DNA from: Pedobacter sp.
GTDB taxonomy: Bacteria; Desulfobacterota; Desulfuromonadia; Desulfuromonadales; Syntrophotaleaceae
Length of the DNA stretch: 64,000 nucleotides
Reading direction: 5' to 3'
Assembly (NCBI GenBank): GCA_050253415.1
Contig: JBFWJC010000001.1
Coordinates: 680,679 to 744,678, forward strand
Each line of letters opens with the position of its first letter. Positions within the stretch are counted from its first letter, which is position 1. The translations under genes and the position numbers were made by a program. This document shows, piece after piece, positions 39,035 to 48,901 of this stretch. A model generated the notes under the pieces. That model had not been told where the DNA came from, did not search any database, and saw only the letters and a list, made by a program, of their open reading frames with translations.

Positions 39035-39919
39035 ATGAGACACTTTATGGTGTTTATGCTGTTGGTGATGCTCGCGGGCGGACAGGTTTTTGCTGCCGAT
39101 GAGCTGGGTACCGCAACTGACGCGCCTGCTGTTGACGTCAATCGTGCTGAACAGGACGCCTCCTCTGCTGTTGAAGTCACTGGTTCTGAACAGGACGCCT
39201 CCTCTGCTATCGTTGAACAATCCACAGATTCTGAGGAGACTGATCCGGGTGCGATTACGGTTGAGGATGACTTTACCGGCGACGAGGATTTCAGTAACGG
39301 CGATATCGAGACTCTGGATGTCTTCGATCCCATTGAACCTTTTAATCGGGGTATGTTCTGGTTCAATGACAAACTGTACTTTTATCTGTTCAAGCCGATC
39401 GCGCGCGGTTATCGCGTAGTGCCTGAGCCGGCCCGCGAGTCGGTGTCGAATTTTTTCTCTAACCTGGGAACCCCCGTGCGGTTTGCCAACTCACTTCTGC
39501 AGCTGAAAATTGCGGATGCAGGTACTGAGCTTGGTCGTCTGATTATCAATTCGACGCTGGGTATTGGTGGTTTGTTCGATCCGGCCAAGGCTTGGTTCGA
39601 TCTCGACAGGAAGGAAGAAGATTTCGGACAGACCCTTGGTAACTACGGTGTTGGTTCGGGATTTTATATTGTCTGGCCGATTTTTGGGCCCTCCAATACG
39701 CGTGATACCGTCGGAATGGTTGGTGATTTTTTTCTTGATCCTTTGCACTACATTGAGATAAAGCCGGTAGAACGCGTTGGCTTGACCGCTTTGGATAAAG
39801 AAACGGATCTCTCGCTGGATAAGGATACCTACGAAAGCATTCAGCAGGAAGCCCTTGACCCCTATTTGTTCGTCCGGAATGCTTATGAGCAATACCGTGA
39901 CGGAAAGATCAAGAAATAA
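39035..39919 (+). CDS. mlaA: MlaA/VacJ family protein with acidic N-terminal extension
   Basis: DPIEPFNR.MF.FND, INSTLGIGGLFD, EDFGQTLG, GPSNTRD, DPY...R..Y.Q.R. Confidence 0.9.
   Translation: MRHFMVFMLLVMLAGGQVFAADELGTATDAPAVDVNRAEQDASSAVEVTGSEQDASSAIVEQSTDSEETDPGAITVEDDFTGDEDFSNGDIETLDVFDPIEPFNRGMFWFNDKLYFYLFKPIARGYRVVPEPARESVSNFFSNLGTPVRFANSLLQLKIADAGTELGRLIINSTLGIGGLFDPAKAWFDLDRKEEDFGQTLGNYGVGSGFYIVWPIFGPSNTRDTVGMVGDFFLDPLHYIEIKPVERVGLTALDKETDLSLDKDTYESIQQEALDPYLFVRNAYEQYRDGKIKK
39126..39208 (+). repeat. 39-bp imperfect tandem repeat (two copies) within mlaA
   Basis: CTGAACAGGACGCCTCCTCTGCT occurs twice 39 bp apart, encoding EQDASSA twice. Confidence 0.85.
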
Positions 39920-39932
39920 AAGGAGTGCGGCA

Positions 39933-40571
39933 ATGAAAGTCAGGAATTATCTACTGCTTATCCTGATGGTTGCGGTATTTGGATGGGTGAAGCCGGCAAT
40001 GGCCGTTCCCGGTCCGACGGACCAGCTACGGGTAACTCTCGACAAGATTGTTGAAGTATTGCGCAACAAGGATCTTTCACAGGACGCTATCCTCGACCAG
40101 GTGGAAGTTCTGGTGCGATCCAAATTCGATTTCGATGCCATGTCGCAACGAACCCTTGGGATCAACTGGAAAAATGCCACCCCCAAACAGAGAGTGCGTT
40201 TTATTGAACTGTTTTCGCAGTTGTTGGAAGACACCTATCGTCTGCGGATTCGCAATTATACCTACCAGGATGAACGCGTCGAGTATATTGGTGAAGAAGT
40301 GCGGGGTACGCGGGGGCAAGTTGACACCCTCGTGATAGCCAACAAGGAAATCCCGGTAAGTTACCGCGTGCGTCTTAAAGGTAGTGAGTGGCTGGTTTAC
40401 GACGTGATTGTTGAAGAGGTCAGCCTGATCAGCAACTATCGCAGCAGCTATAACGAAATCATCCGGCAGGAGGGTTTTGACGGGCTTCTCAAGCGCCTTG
40501 AAGAAAAGGTGAAAGAGTTGGAGTCTGCCCAAAATACCAGTACCGTATCTGTGGAAGGGCGGCGCGTGTGA
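39933..40571 (+). CDS. mlaC: MlaC/Ttg2D (HpnM-like) periplasmic lipid-binding protein
   Basis: FDFDAMSQRTLG..W, WLVYDVIVEEVSLISNYRS. Confidence 0.9.
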   Translation: MKVRNYLLLILMVAVFGWVKPAMAVPGPTDQLRVTLDKIVEVLRNKDLSQDAILDQVEVLVRSKFDFDAMSQRTLGINWKNATPKQRVRFIELFSQLLEDTYRLRIRNYTYQDERVEYIGEEVRGTRGQVDTLVIANKEIPVSYRVRLKGSEWLVYDVIVEEVSLISNYRSSYNEIIRQEGFDGLLKRLEEKVKELESAQNTSTVSVEGRRV

Positions 40572-41059
40572 CCACCGTGGATGCCGAACGCTCCGCTAGT
40601 GGGACGGAAGGTTCGTTGGCAGAATTGCGGATCTCCCTGGAGCAGTTACATATATTCAGCGATAATGATCTGACCTGCCTTTTGCCTTATTTGAAGGGCC
40701 GCGATGTCAACGCCGGGCAAACGCTATGGCAGGAAGGTCAGCCGGGGCATTATCTGGCCTTAATTTTATCCGGGCATCTGGAAGCGAAAAAAGATACGGA
40801 ATTTCCCGGTAAGCAGGTTGTTGTTGCCGTATTCGGGCCTGGAGCTGTTGTCGGGGAATTGTCTTTTTTGGATAAAAGCCCCCGCGCCGTAAGTGTCGTA
40901 GCGCTTGAAGACGCCAAGCTGGCGGTGATCAGCCATGATGATTTCGACCGACTTGTCACCGATCATCCTGTTTTGGGAATGAAGGTTTACCGCACTATAA
41001 TGCTGGCTTTGGCTACTCGGCTTAAAAAGTCCTATGAGCGTCTGGCTGCTATCTTCTGA
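40568..41059 (+). CDS. Stand-alone cyclic-nucleotide-binding (cNMP) domain protein
   Basis: LWQEG.PG, GELSFLD..PRAVSV; no HTH; GTGA overlap with mlaC stop. Confidence 0.85.
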   Translation: MTTVDAERSASGTEGSLAELRISLEQLHIFSDNDLTCLLPYLKGRDVNAGQTLWQEGQPGHYLALILSGHLEAKKDTEFPGKQVVVAVFGPGAVVGELSFLDKSPRAVSVVALEDAKLAVISHDDFDRLVTDHPVLGMKVYRTIMLALATRLKKSYERLAAIF

Positions 41060-41076
41060 TAGTGGGTGGCGTATTA

Positions 41077-41119
41077 AATAAACAGGCCGGTCCTTAAGGG
41101 GGCCGGCCTGTTTTATTTT
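41077..41119. terminator. Bidirectional terminator between mla operon and tonB
   Basis: AAACAGGCCGG...CCGGCCTGTTT flanked by A- and T-runs. Confidence 0.8.
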
Positions 41120-41203
41120 GTAGATATGATATACGAAACAAAGGCAAACTGTTTGGCCCGTCGCCCGCAATTTAATAAAGTAATGGGGATGTGTCCTGGA
41201 ATT

Positions 41204-42166
41204 TTATTGGGGATTGTGGAGTTGGAAGTGGATGGGAACTAAAACGGTGTCGGCCTTTGGTGTCCCATTAATACTTGCTGGACGGAATCGCCACTTGGAC
41301 ACGGTCTGGAGAGCTGTGTCATCAAGTATTCCATACCCGGATGATGTTTCAATATGCACCGATAGAACCTTGCCGCTGGCAGATACGTCTACCCGCAGCA
41401 AGACGTCTCCTTCCCACCCTCTGCGGCGTGCGCTGTGTGGGTAAGGCATGGGCGGGTTGTCACCGTAGCCCAAGGGTGTGGCGCGTAACATTCCATTTCC
41501 TGTGCCGGTGCCACCGGTTCCACCACCGGGAATCCCGTTGTTGGCATTGGCCTGTCCGCCAGGTACTCCCCCAGTTTGTTCGCCAGCATGAGATAAAGTT
41601 CCATCCTGTTGCGCGCCTTCGATCATCTCTTCGAGAACACTGGGCGGCTCTTCTGTAGGAAGAGCAGTCTCCTGTGAACTTTTCGCATTATCTGTCAATA
41701 TTGCGCCAGGTGTGGATAACTCTGTGGGTAATGCCTTTGGTCCTGGTATAACCCGGGATTTTGAGGGTTTTTTGATGATTTTTTTGGGGATGGCTGGCGC
41801 CGCCGTTGGGGTTTTTAAGGCTTGTTTCGGAGGTTCGGGCTGGCTGGAAACTGATGGTATGTTTCCTGATTTTTCACCGGGGCTGGTTGAGGCTGCTCCC
41901 GCAGGTCCGCCTGCCGGACGGAGATCGACCACGACGTAGGATGGCTGATCGACCTCCCAGGACGGTGGCAGTGGCCAAAGTGCAAGTGTTGCCACATGAA
42001 TACCCAGGGATAGAATCAACCACAGGGTGAAGGTTTCATGAGGAATAGGCACAGCTGATAGTAGCCTCTTGTTTCGTCGTTCGGGACTCTGAAGGTGACC
42101 CCCCGGCAATTTGGTTTGCCGGGAGGTGGTTAAGTTCAATACGTTATTTGTTTGTTTTACATCCAA
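41204..42166 (-). CDS. tonB: TonB family energy transducer
   Basis: TM with SLGIH (S-x3-H), Pro/Lys-rich linker, PYP..ARRRGWEG.V...V C-terminal domain; start approximate. Confidence 0.9.
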   Translation of the reverse strand: MDVKQTNNVLNLTTSRQTKLPGGHLQSPERRNKRLLSAVPIPHETFTLWLILSLGIHVATLALWPLPPSWEVDQPSYVVVDLRPAGGPAGAASTSPGEKSGNIPSVSSQPEPPKQALKTPTAAPAIPKKIIKKPSKSRVIPGPKALPTELSTPGAILTDNAKSSQETALPTEEPPSVLEEMIEGAQQDGTLSHAGEQTGGVPGGQANANNGIPGGGTGGTGTGNGMLRATPLGYGDNPPMPYPHSARRRGWEGDVLLRVDVSASGKVLSVHIETSSGYGILDDTALQTVSKWRFRPASINGTPKADTVLVPIHFQLHNPQ

Positions 42167-42193
42167 AATACGAATTAAATCCTGCTGCAGGGG

Positions 42194-44128
42194 TTAAAAG
42201 GTTAAGCTGGCGCCTGCATAACCTGCAATGCCGGGCGTACCAAACCCATTGACTTCTTCGTACTCTTCATCAAACAAGTTTTCCACTCTGCCGTGAATTT
42301 TGAGATGTTTGTTGATCTCGTATGAAAGCCCCAGATTGACGACCGTGTAGGCGCCAAGGCTGGTTGTTTTGCTCCAATCATAAAGATCCAGATCGTCACG
42401 TTCGCCAACATAAAAAATATCGAGATTGATATTGCCGGCGTCGAGAAAACGGTAGTTGGCATTTACGTTGTATTTATGGCGTGGACGGCGTAACAACTGT
42501 TTGCCGGTACTACGGTTTTCCGTGTCTGTGTACGTGTAACTTGCAGACAGGGTCAGGTCGTCAACGGGTCGCACTGAAGCGGTGACCTCAATGCCTTTGG
42601 TCTGGGCTTCGTCGACATTTTCATACTCGTACTTGAAACTGTCCAAGCTGAAAAAGGTGTTGATCAGATCCTCGAAATGATTTTCGAAGTAGGTTGCTCC
42701 AAGGGTTATGCGATCATCCCACAGGCTTTGTTCAAGGCCAATGTCCCATCCGCGACTTTTTTCGGGTGTCAGTTCGGGATTACCTAGAACATAAGTCGAA
42801 TTTTCAAATAGCTGAGCCAGTGTCGGGGCCTTGAATGCTGTCCCATAAGTTCCCTTGATGCGGGTCCCGGTAGGACGAAACAGGTAGCTGCTGGTAATTC
42901 TATAAGTCAGCCGCGAACCAAATGTTTGGTGGTCATCCACGCGCACACCCAGGGTAGTGATGAAATCCTGCCAGAGTTTGATCTGATCCTGAATGTAGTA
43001 GCCGTTGGTCTCTGCGCTCTTTTTTTCAAAGGCGTCATTGGTGTTCCAGGAGGGATCTGCATAGACATACACGGATGAACCCTGGGCCTCTTCCTTTTCG
43101 TATTCAACCCCCACGGTCAGGGTGTTGGTGGGGTGGAGATAGAGGTTGTGCTGCCAGTCAATCTTGTAGAGACGGCTGTCGTAGGTGGTCAGACTGCTGT
43201 CAGAGGGATGTGCAGCATCAGTATCATCCCTGTTTTCCCGTTCATAGTCAGTCAATGAAAAGCCCAGCTTCTGTTCCCATAAATCATTCAGCAACATGAG
43301 GCGAGACTGAACGCGCAAATAGAGAGCTTCGGAATCAAAGGTGTTGTTGACGTCATCGCCATAGGGTCCGGCAAAAGTATCCAGATCCGCCTCAGAGTCT
43401 ATATAGCGCAAAATAAAATCGATATCGAAGTTATCCGTTGGCGTAAGTCCGAGTCGGGTGGCAACCGTGGTGCGATCATAACCATCTTTTTCCGAGTTGC
43501 CATATCTTTCGGCTGCCGCCGATATGCCGTCGGATTCAAGGAAGGATGCAACCAGGGAGTAGTTCAGAAGGTCGTTGCCCCCGCTGATGGAGAGTTTTTC
43601 CTGGTGGGTATCGAAACTTCCGCCCTCCGCGAATAAGCTGACACGGGGCTTGCCGCTCCCTTTGCGGGTAATGATGTTGATTACGCCACCCAGGGCGTCG
43701 GAGCCGTAAAGGGTGCTGCCAGGGCCTCTAACGATCTCAATGCGCTCGATATTGTCAGTCGCAAGGGAGGCAAAATCAAGGGACCTTCCAGGATTGGAAG
43801 GGTCATTGATTTCGATTCCGTCAACAAGTACCAATGTATGGGTGGAGTTGGCGCCGCGCAGGAAAATCGAGGTTTGTTGACCCAACCCTCCCTGTCGCAC
43901 AACGTCCAGGCCTGGCACGCTACGCAGTACCTCCGCGACCGAATTGGACTGCTTGTCTTCAATCTCTTGGCGGGTAATGATGGTGACAGAACTGGCGACT
44001 TCACGTAACGGTGTTTCGATCTTGGTTGCCGTGACAACGACCGGTTCGAGGGTGGTCAGGTCGGAAGCGAATGCAGAAAAAGTCTGCATCAATACACCGA
44101 CCAGGGCCAAAGACAGGATTTTAACCAT
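42194..44128 (-). CDS. btuB: TonB-dependent cobalamin receptor (BtuB-like)
   Basis: TonB box VVVTAT, plug IERIEIVRGP.STLYG, C-terminal Phe; cobalamin riboswitch upstream. Confidence 0.85.
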   Translation of the reverse strand: MVKILSLALVGVLMQTFSAFASDLTTLEPVVVTATKIETPLREVASSVTIITRQEIEDKQSNSVAEVLRSVPGLDVVRQGGLGQQTSIFLRGANSTHTLVLVDGIEINDPSNPGRSLDFASLATDNIERIEIVRGPGSTLYGSDALGGVINIITRKGSGKPRVSLFAEGGSFDTHQEKLSISGGNDLLNYSLVASFLESDGISAAAERYGNSEKDGYDRTTVATRLGLTPTDNFDIDFILRYIDSEADLDTFAGPYGDDVNNTFDSEALYLRVQSRLMLLNDLWEQKLGFSLTDYERENRDDTDAAHPSDSSLTTYDSRLYKIDWQHNLYLHPTNTLTVGVEYEKEEAQGSSVYVYADPSWNTNDAFEKKSAETNGYYIQDQIKLWQDFITTLGVRVDDHQTFGSRLTYRITSSYLFRPTGTRIKGTYGTAFKAPTLAQLFENSTYVLGNPELTPEKSRGWDIGLEQSLWDDRITLGATYFENHFEDLINTFFSLDSFKYEYENVDEAQTKGIEVTASVRPVDDLTLSASYTYTDTENRSTGKQLLRRPRHKYNVNANYRFLDAGNINLDIFYVGERDDLDLYDWSKTTSLGAYTVVNLGLSYEINKHLKIHGRVENLFDEEYEEVNGFGTPGIAGYAGASLTF

Positions 44129-44282
44129 AAAGAAAAACTCCTCCTTGTGCCCAGGCAGGAGTGAGCACGAAGAGGAGCATGGTCCTTTGCATGTTCACAT
44201 TTACGATAAATGCGACAGCAACAGTAACGACCGCTTCAGCCCACCTTCCCATAAGCCCGGGGAAGATGATGTGGGATGTCCG

Positions 44283-44445
44283 AAACGGCAGGTATACTGG
44301 CTTGCGAATCATTCTCGGGACCGCCTTCCCAGCATGAGCGCCAGTGGCATGTTGATCCCTCGTCCTCGCTTACAGTGGCGGGTCCGCGGGGGATTTGCAC
44401 CCCTCTTCCCTCTTACGCCCTGAGGCGCCGTCGAACGTATACCGT
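44283..44445 (-). ncRNA. Cobalamin (B12) riboswitch
   Basis: Minus strand AAGAGGGAA-GAGGGGTGCAAATCCCC-CGCGGACCCGCCACTGTAAG...GCCACTG...GGGAAGG...AAGCCAGTATACCTGCC. Confidence 0.93.
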
Positions 44446-44501
44446 AAATGTAACCTTATTGTATAAGATTGTAAAGTAAGTCTAAGGGCTTATAGGAAAA
44501 A

Positions 44502-44726
44502 CTAACCCCCTCCGACTTTGGGGAAAAGGGACAGGATCTGGCCGTCCATCATGACATGTTCGGGGAGCACGTGACGACCGTTTATAAGGGCGACGCCGAG
44601 TTCCGGTCCATCGATTTTCAGCGAGGTGAGAATGTCACCAACTGTTGTAGCTTCAGGGTAGTCCTGCTCGGCCATCTTGAAACGGTTGTCACGAAATCCT
44701 GCAAAAAGTTTAACAGTAATTTTCAT
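44502..44726 (-). CDS. MoaD/ThiS sulfur-carrier family protein
   Basis: VKLFA, LING, C-terminal FPKVGGG. Confidence 0.9.
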   Translation of the reverse strand: MKITVKLFAGFRDNRFKMAEQDYPEATTVGDILTSLKIDGPELGVALINGRHVLPEHVMMDGQILSLFPKVGGG

Positions 44727-44854
44727 GCGGCACCTGTTCTTAGATCAGCTAAAAATTGATAAAACGCCTTTGAATGAAAGCTCAAAAGTGGAAATGATTA
44801 AAAAAATGGGCACCCCATTGGGGTGCCCACTGGTATTGCATGTCAGTGTTTATT

Positions 44855-46588
44855 TTAGAAATTCCAGACTTCGTCGATTTCGGCCGGGGTGAAGTCCCAT
44901 ACTGCATTGTGGGGAGGAATCGGCTCGAGTTCGAAGAACTCAGGCAGACGGTCGTCTTCGTTGGTGAAGCCAGCCTTGGTGTTCCACTCTTTTTCCATTT
45001 TCAGGATCTTGGCGCCCATGCCGACGAAGTCGTCAACAGTCATTTCAACGCCGAAGCGGGCTGCGATCATGTCAACCAGAGCGGGCAGTACTTCGGGGAT
45101 ATCCAGAGCCGGGAAGGCTACGAAGATACACATACCGGTGCTGTCGACTGCGGTGGTAGCAATCTGCAGGTTACGGGACAGTTCAACCTGGCCTTCTTTG
45201 GTCAGAGGATCGACGAAGCCGCCAACCTTGAGGATGTTGGTAGCAATGGTGTAGCCGGCAGTGTGGTCGGCACCCTGAGTAGTGGTAGCGTAGGTGATGC
45301 CGATACCCTTGACCGAACGGGGGTCGTAAGCCGGGATACCCTGGTTTTTGACAACCGGTACACGGGTCAGGCCATAAGCTGCGCCGACGGAACCGGTACC
45401 GTTACCAAGGATACGGCCCAGAGGGGTACACTTGCCGATTTCTTCGTTCATGATGCGCAGGCCTTCTTTGCCATCACCCCAGGGGAGTACGCCGGCTTCC
45501 ATGGCGACGGCGAGAAGTACGGCGCCTTCGATGGAGTCGATGCCGATGTTGTCCATGGCGTTGTCGATGCGTGCGCAGTCGTCAAGGCTTTCGATCAGGC
45601 AGTTGATGCCGAGGCCCCAAACGGTTTCATATTCGAAGCCAGAGGTGATGTACTCACCTTTGTCGTCAACATATACCTGGGAGCACTGAATGATACAACC
45701 GGCATGGCAGCCGTGCTTGGTGTGGCCGTTGGGGCGGCCGGCGATGGTGTCATGCATGGTCTCGCCGGACACTTTGTCGTGGTGCTCGCACTGGCCGTAT
45801 TTGAAGTTTTTGGTCGGCAGACCGCCGGCTTCGTTCAGGATGTTGATCAGAACGTTGGTGCCGTAGGTGGGCAGACCTTCGCCGGTAACGGGGTGATCGA
45901 GCATGCCTTTTGCGAATACTTTGGCAGCAGCGCGGAATTTCTCGGTGTCGGCGATTTCAACTTTACCGGCGCCGGTAGCATCAACGGTGATGACCTTGAT
46001 CTTTTTGGAGCCCATAACGGCGCCCAGGCCGCCACGACCATGGGAGCGGATCTTCTGGTCGGGGTCTTTGACCGAAATGTTGGCGGACAGCAGGCGATTT
46101 TCACCGGGGATGCCGATGGTCATAACGCCGATTTTTTTGTCGAACTTTTCGTTCATGGCGTCGATGACGTCGAAGTTCTGCTTGCCGACCAGCTCGGAAG
46201 CGTCTTCGAAGGTTACGCCGTCCATGGTGACATGCAGGCGATACCATTTGTCATCTTTGGGCTGGCCTTCGATGATCATGGCTTTGATGCCCATTTTGGC
46301 GAACTGCTGAGCGGTGGTGCCGCCGGCGTTGGATTCTTTGATGGTGCCGGTCAGGGGGCTTTTAGCACCGGCGGACATACGGCCGGAGTTGGCAGCCGCG
46401 GTACCGGACAGCTGACCGGGGGCGAATACCAGTTTGTTGTTAGGTCCGAGGGGGTGGCACATCGGGGGTACTTCTGCTGCTACGATGGTGGAGGTCAAGG
46501 CACGACCGCCCAAAGTAACAAATTCGGCGGGTACTTTCTCGACCTTGCAGGTCAGATCCGTCATGTTAACGCGGAAAATCTTATCCAT
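44855..46588 (-). CDS. aor: Tungsten-dependent aldehyde:ferredoxin oxidoreductase
   Basis: KSPLTGTIKESNAGG, GRGGLGAVMGSK, GCHAGCIIQC, EYET, YDPR, GADHT, DSTGMC, DDRLPEFF. Confidence 0.94.
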   Translation of the reverse strand: MDKIFRVNMTDLTCKVEKVPAEFVTLGGRALTSTIVAAEVPPMCHPLGPNNKLVFAPGQLSGTAAANSGRMSAGAKSPLTGTIKESNAGGTTAQQFAKMGIKAMIIEGQPKDDKWYRLHVTMDGVTFEDASELVGKQNFDVIDAMNEKFDKKIGVMTIGIPGENRLLSANISVKDPDQKIRSHGRGGLGAVMGSKKIKVITVDATGAGKVEIADTEKFRAAAKVFAKGMLDHPVTGEGLPTYGTNVLINILNEAGGLPTKNFKYGQCEHHDKVSGETMHDTIAGRPNGHTKHGCHAGCIIQCSQVYVDDKGEYITSGFEYETVWGLGINCLIESLDDCARIDNAMDNIGIDSIEGAVLLAVAMEAGVLPWGDGKEGLRIMNEEIGKCTPLGRILGNGTGSVGAAYGLTRVPVVKNQGIPAYDPRSVKGIGITYATTTQGADHTAGYTIATNILKVGGFVDPLTKEGQVELSRNLQIATTAVDSTGMCIFVAFPALDIPEVLPALVDMIAARFGVEMTVDDFVGMGAKILKMEKEWNTKAGFTNEDDRLPEFFELEPIPPHNAVWDFTPAEIDEVWNF

Positions 46589-46635
46589 TTTGTACTTCCT
46601 CCCAATCTTTTACATCTGGAATGGTTCCGGGTAAA

Positions 46636-46730
46636 ATCTCCTTTCCAAAAGGGAGGCGCCACTGTTTCCAGCGGAACCCGTCGGCCTGTCGCCATAAGGA
46701 CCTTCCCAGTAGGCAGCGAGGCTCGGAGAT
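46636..46730 (-). ncRNA. Moco/Tuco riboswitch (P3-less, tungsten-cofactor type)
   Basis: Minus strand ATCTCCGAGCC...CCTA...TATGG...GGCCG ACGGG..CCGCTG-GAAA-CAGTGG-CGCCTCCC-TTTT-GGAAAGGAGAT; P1 ATCTCC/GGAGAT; upstream of aor. Confidence 0.85.
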
Positions 46731-46974
46731 TGGTAGTTTCGCATAAATCGCTGATGAAGATGTCAATGAACTTTTCCAAGTAGACACGTTATAACATAAA
46801 ATAGAACGAAAGTTCAATATCGGATGGTGTATACATTTTGCGGCGGCGGGTATTTTTTGCAAAAAAACTGTAAGACCTTGAAAACACACTGGAAAAAAAA
46901 TTAAAATTGATAGCAAACAGTGTGGTTTTTCGATCTGTTTTGCGTTGAATGGCGCGTTTTTTTCACAGCTGACG

Positions 46975-47997
46975 TCATAAAAGCAAAAAAGGGATATAAA
47001 AAAATAGACTGCCGAGAAGAAAAAATGGCGAGAGGTCAAAAGATGTTCGCTGCGGTGGGAGGTCGATGGGGGACACCGCGACCGTTGTGATTTTCTCCAT
47101 GAGTTTGGTGGCGACTTTTTCTGGTTGGTTATCGCCCAAATAGAAATAGCTTCCGCCGGTCGCAGCAGCTATTTCTTCAAGGGGGCGTTGATCGAGTCGG
47201 GTTTTAAGGGGAATGTCCTGACTGTCCACATAAAAGCCGTCGATGTCGGTGGCGCCTTTTCTGCGGATGGGAATAAAGACATCGCTGGTATGACCGACTC
47301 CGATGGTGAATACCGGAGTAACGGATCCTGTTCTTCTGGCAAGAGTCTGCAGAAGCGATGACCGGGTATTTTCAGTGTCTTCGCCATCCGTTATGAGAAC
47401 CACCGCTCGCGCCGGGATTTCTGCCTGGCTGTCGACCATCATCATACCACTGTCGATGGCAGCCAACAGATTACTGCCTGATTCCGTCAGATCGCCAAGA
47501 TCGGTATGGGTGACCATGTAACGCAAAAAGCCCAGGTCACGAGTGGGAGAAACAACCTCGATGCCGTTACGCGCAAAAAAGAACAGACCGACTTTCTCTC
47601 CATCAAGACGTTCGACTATGCTCAGAGCCAATCGCCGCGAGGCATTAAGCCGGTTGGAAAGAGGCGTTACGCGCTCTCCAGGTAGCCGTTGCAGGACCAC
47701 ATCCTCGGCCAGCATCGATTTGCTCACATCAATGCCGATGGCCAGCACCAGGTTGTCGCTGATATTCCCCGATCGCGATACGGTAATGCTGGGTCCTGCG
47801 AGGGCGGTCACAAGACTGGCCAGTCCCAGTAGTGGCAGCAGGCTGCGGCCTGTACGCCGCCAAACCGGCCTGTTGCCAGAATCCGCCCGGAACCGACTCC
47901 GTAAACGACCAAGAAAACGTTCCGTGGCCAGAACCCGCCAACCGATCGGAAGGAGTAGCAGGAGCAGCCAGAACATCTGCGGAGAATTGAATCGCAT
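46975..47997 (-). CDS. Membrane-anchored VWA protein (MxaL/BatB-like)
   Basis: FNSP..WLLLLL N-terminus, MIDAS DVSKSM, LITDGE, IA..TGG.Y, C-terminal TM. Confidence 0.82.
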   Translation of the reverse strand: MRFNSPQMFWLLLLLLPIGWRVLATERFLGRLRSRFRADSGNRPVWRRTGRSLLPLLGLASLVTALAGPSITVSRSGNISDNLVLAIGIDVSKSMLAEDVVLQRLPGERVTPLSNRLNASRRLALSIVERLDGEKVGLFFFARNGIEVVSPTRDLGFLRYMVTHTDLGDLTESGSNLLAAIDSGMMMVDSQAEIPARAVVLITDGEDTENTRSSLLQTLARRTGSVTPVFTIGVGHTSDVFIPIRRKGATDIDGFYVDSQDIPLKTRLDQRPLEEIAAATGGSYFYLGDNQPEKVATKLMEKITTVAVSPIDLPPQRTSFDLSPFFLLGSLFFYIPFLLL

Positions 47998-48006
47998 GTC
48001 AGGGTC

Positions 48007-48807
48007 CTATTTCTCTACCCGGGTTTCCAAAGGAACTCCGGGGGCGAAGCCAGCCACGTCTGGAATAAAAGCTTCGAGCTGTTCCTGAACCTCGGTCAGA
48101 TTTTCCTGCCGGACTTCGCTCAGTCCGATCTTGCGGTATTCGCCGAGGCCGACGATCAATTCCATGTTCCAGCGGGGCAGGGCACGTTCCTGGGAGGAAC
48201 TGCAGGTTGCGTCGACGAGATCGATGGCGGCTTTATAATCATCAATGGCGTCGGACAGGAACTTTGCACCCTTGCGCCCATCCTGTTCAAAATTCAGCAC
48301 GCTGTAGGCAAGCATGACAGACACATTGCCTTTGAGGGTGAGCAGTTTCCAGTCTAGCGATGCAGTTAGCTTTCCCCTGCTTTCCAAGGCTGCGGCGCAA
48401 CTGTCGCGCAGGGCGAGCAATTGTTGGTGAAAAGTCTGCAGTTGATGGCGTTGATCCGAAGCAAGATATCGGTTATTCAAGGCCGCTGAGATTTGCTTGA
48501 AATTGGTAACGGCTTCTTGCCACTGGTTCCAAAGTCGGACGTAGTTGGCCTCGGGTAGCGGTTGGCCAAGAGTTTTCGCCTGGGCGCTGATCTGCTCCAG
48601 TTCGGAAATGACGGCTTGACGGTCCTCGGCTGGGGGCAGGTTTGCCATTCGTGCATTGAGCTTATGCAGGTTTGTCGTTTGTTGCGAACTGTGCCAGTAG
48701 CCGATGGCACCGGCAATCAGCAGCACTATGCCTGCCAATCCCACAGTGCTCAGGGCGATAACTGTGGCGCGTTTGTTTCGCAGAAGGATGTCTGTGAAAG
48801 TAAGCAT
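48007..48807 (-). CDS. Membrane-anchored helical/TPR-like protein (MxaK-like)
   Basis: Single N-terminal TM, helical body, KGN...Y..A...PRWNMEL; lies between two VWA genes. Confidence 0.6.
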   Translation of the reverse strand: MLTFTDILLRNKRATVIALSTVGLAGIVLLIAGAIGYWHSSQQTTNLHKLNARMANLPPAEDRQAVISELEQISAQAKTLGQPLPEANYVRLWNQWQEAVTNFKQISAALNNRYLASDQRHQLQTFHQQLLALRDSCAAALESRGKLTASLDWKLLTLKGNVSVMLAYSVLNFEQDGRKGAKFLSDAIDDYKAAIDLVDATCSSSQERALPRWNMELIVGLGEYRKIGLSEVRQENLTEVQEQLEAFIPDVAGFAPGVPLETRVEK

Positions 48808-48901
48808 GTTTCAGTCCTCGAAGTTGTTGCAAGGCAATTTGTTATACCTTGACCGGTTATTGCCGTGTCCTTTTGGTTTTAACCGAAGCCAGGTGGCTGT
48901 T

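Noticed and set aside
44840..46783. 647-aa plus-strand ORF
   Set aside because: Antisense shadow of aor.
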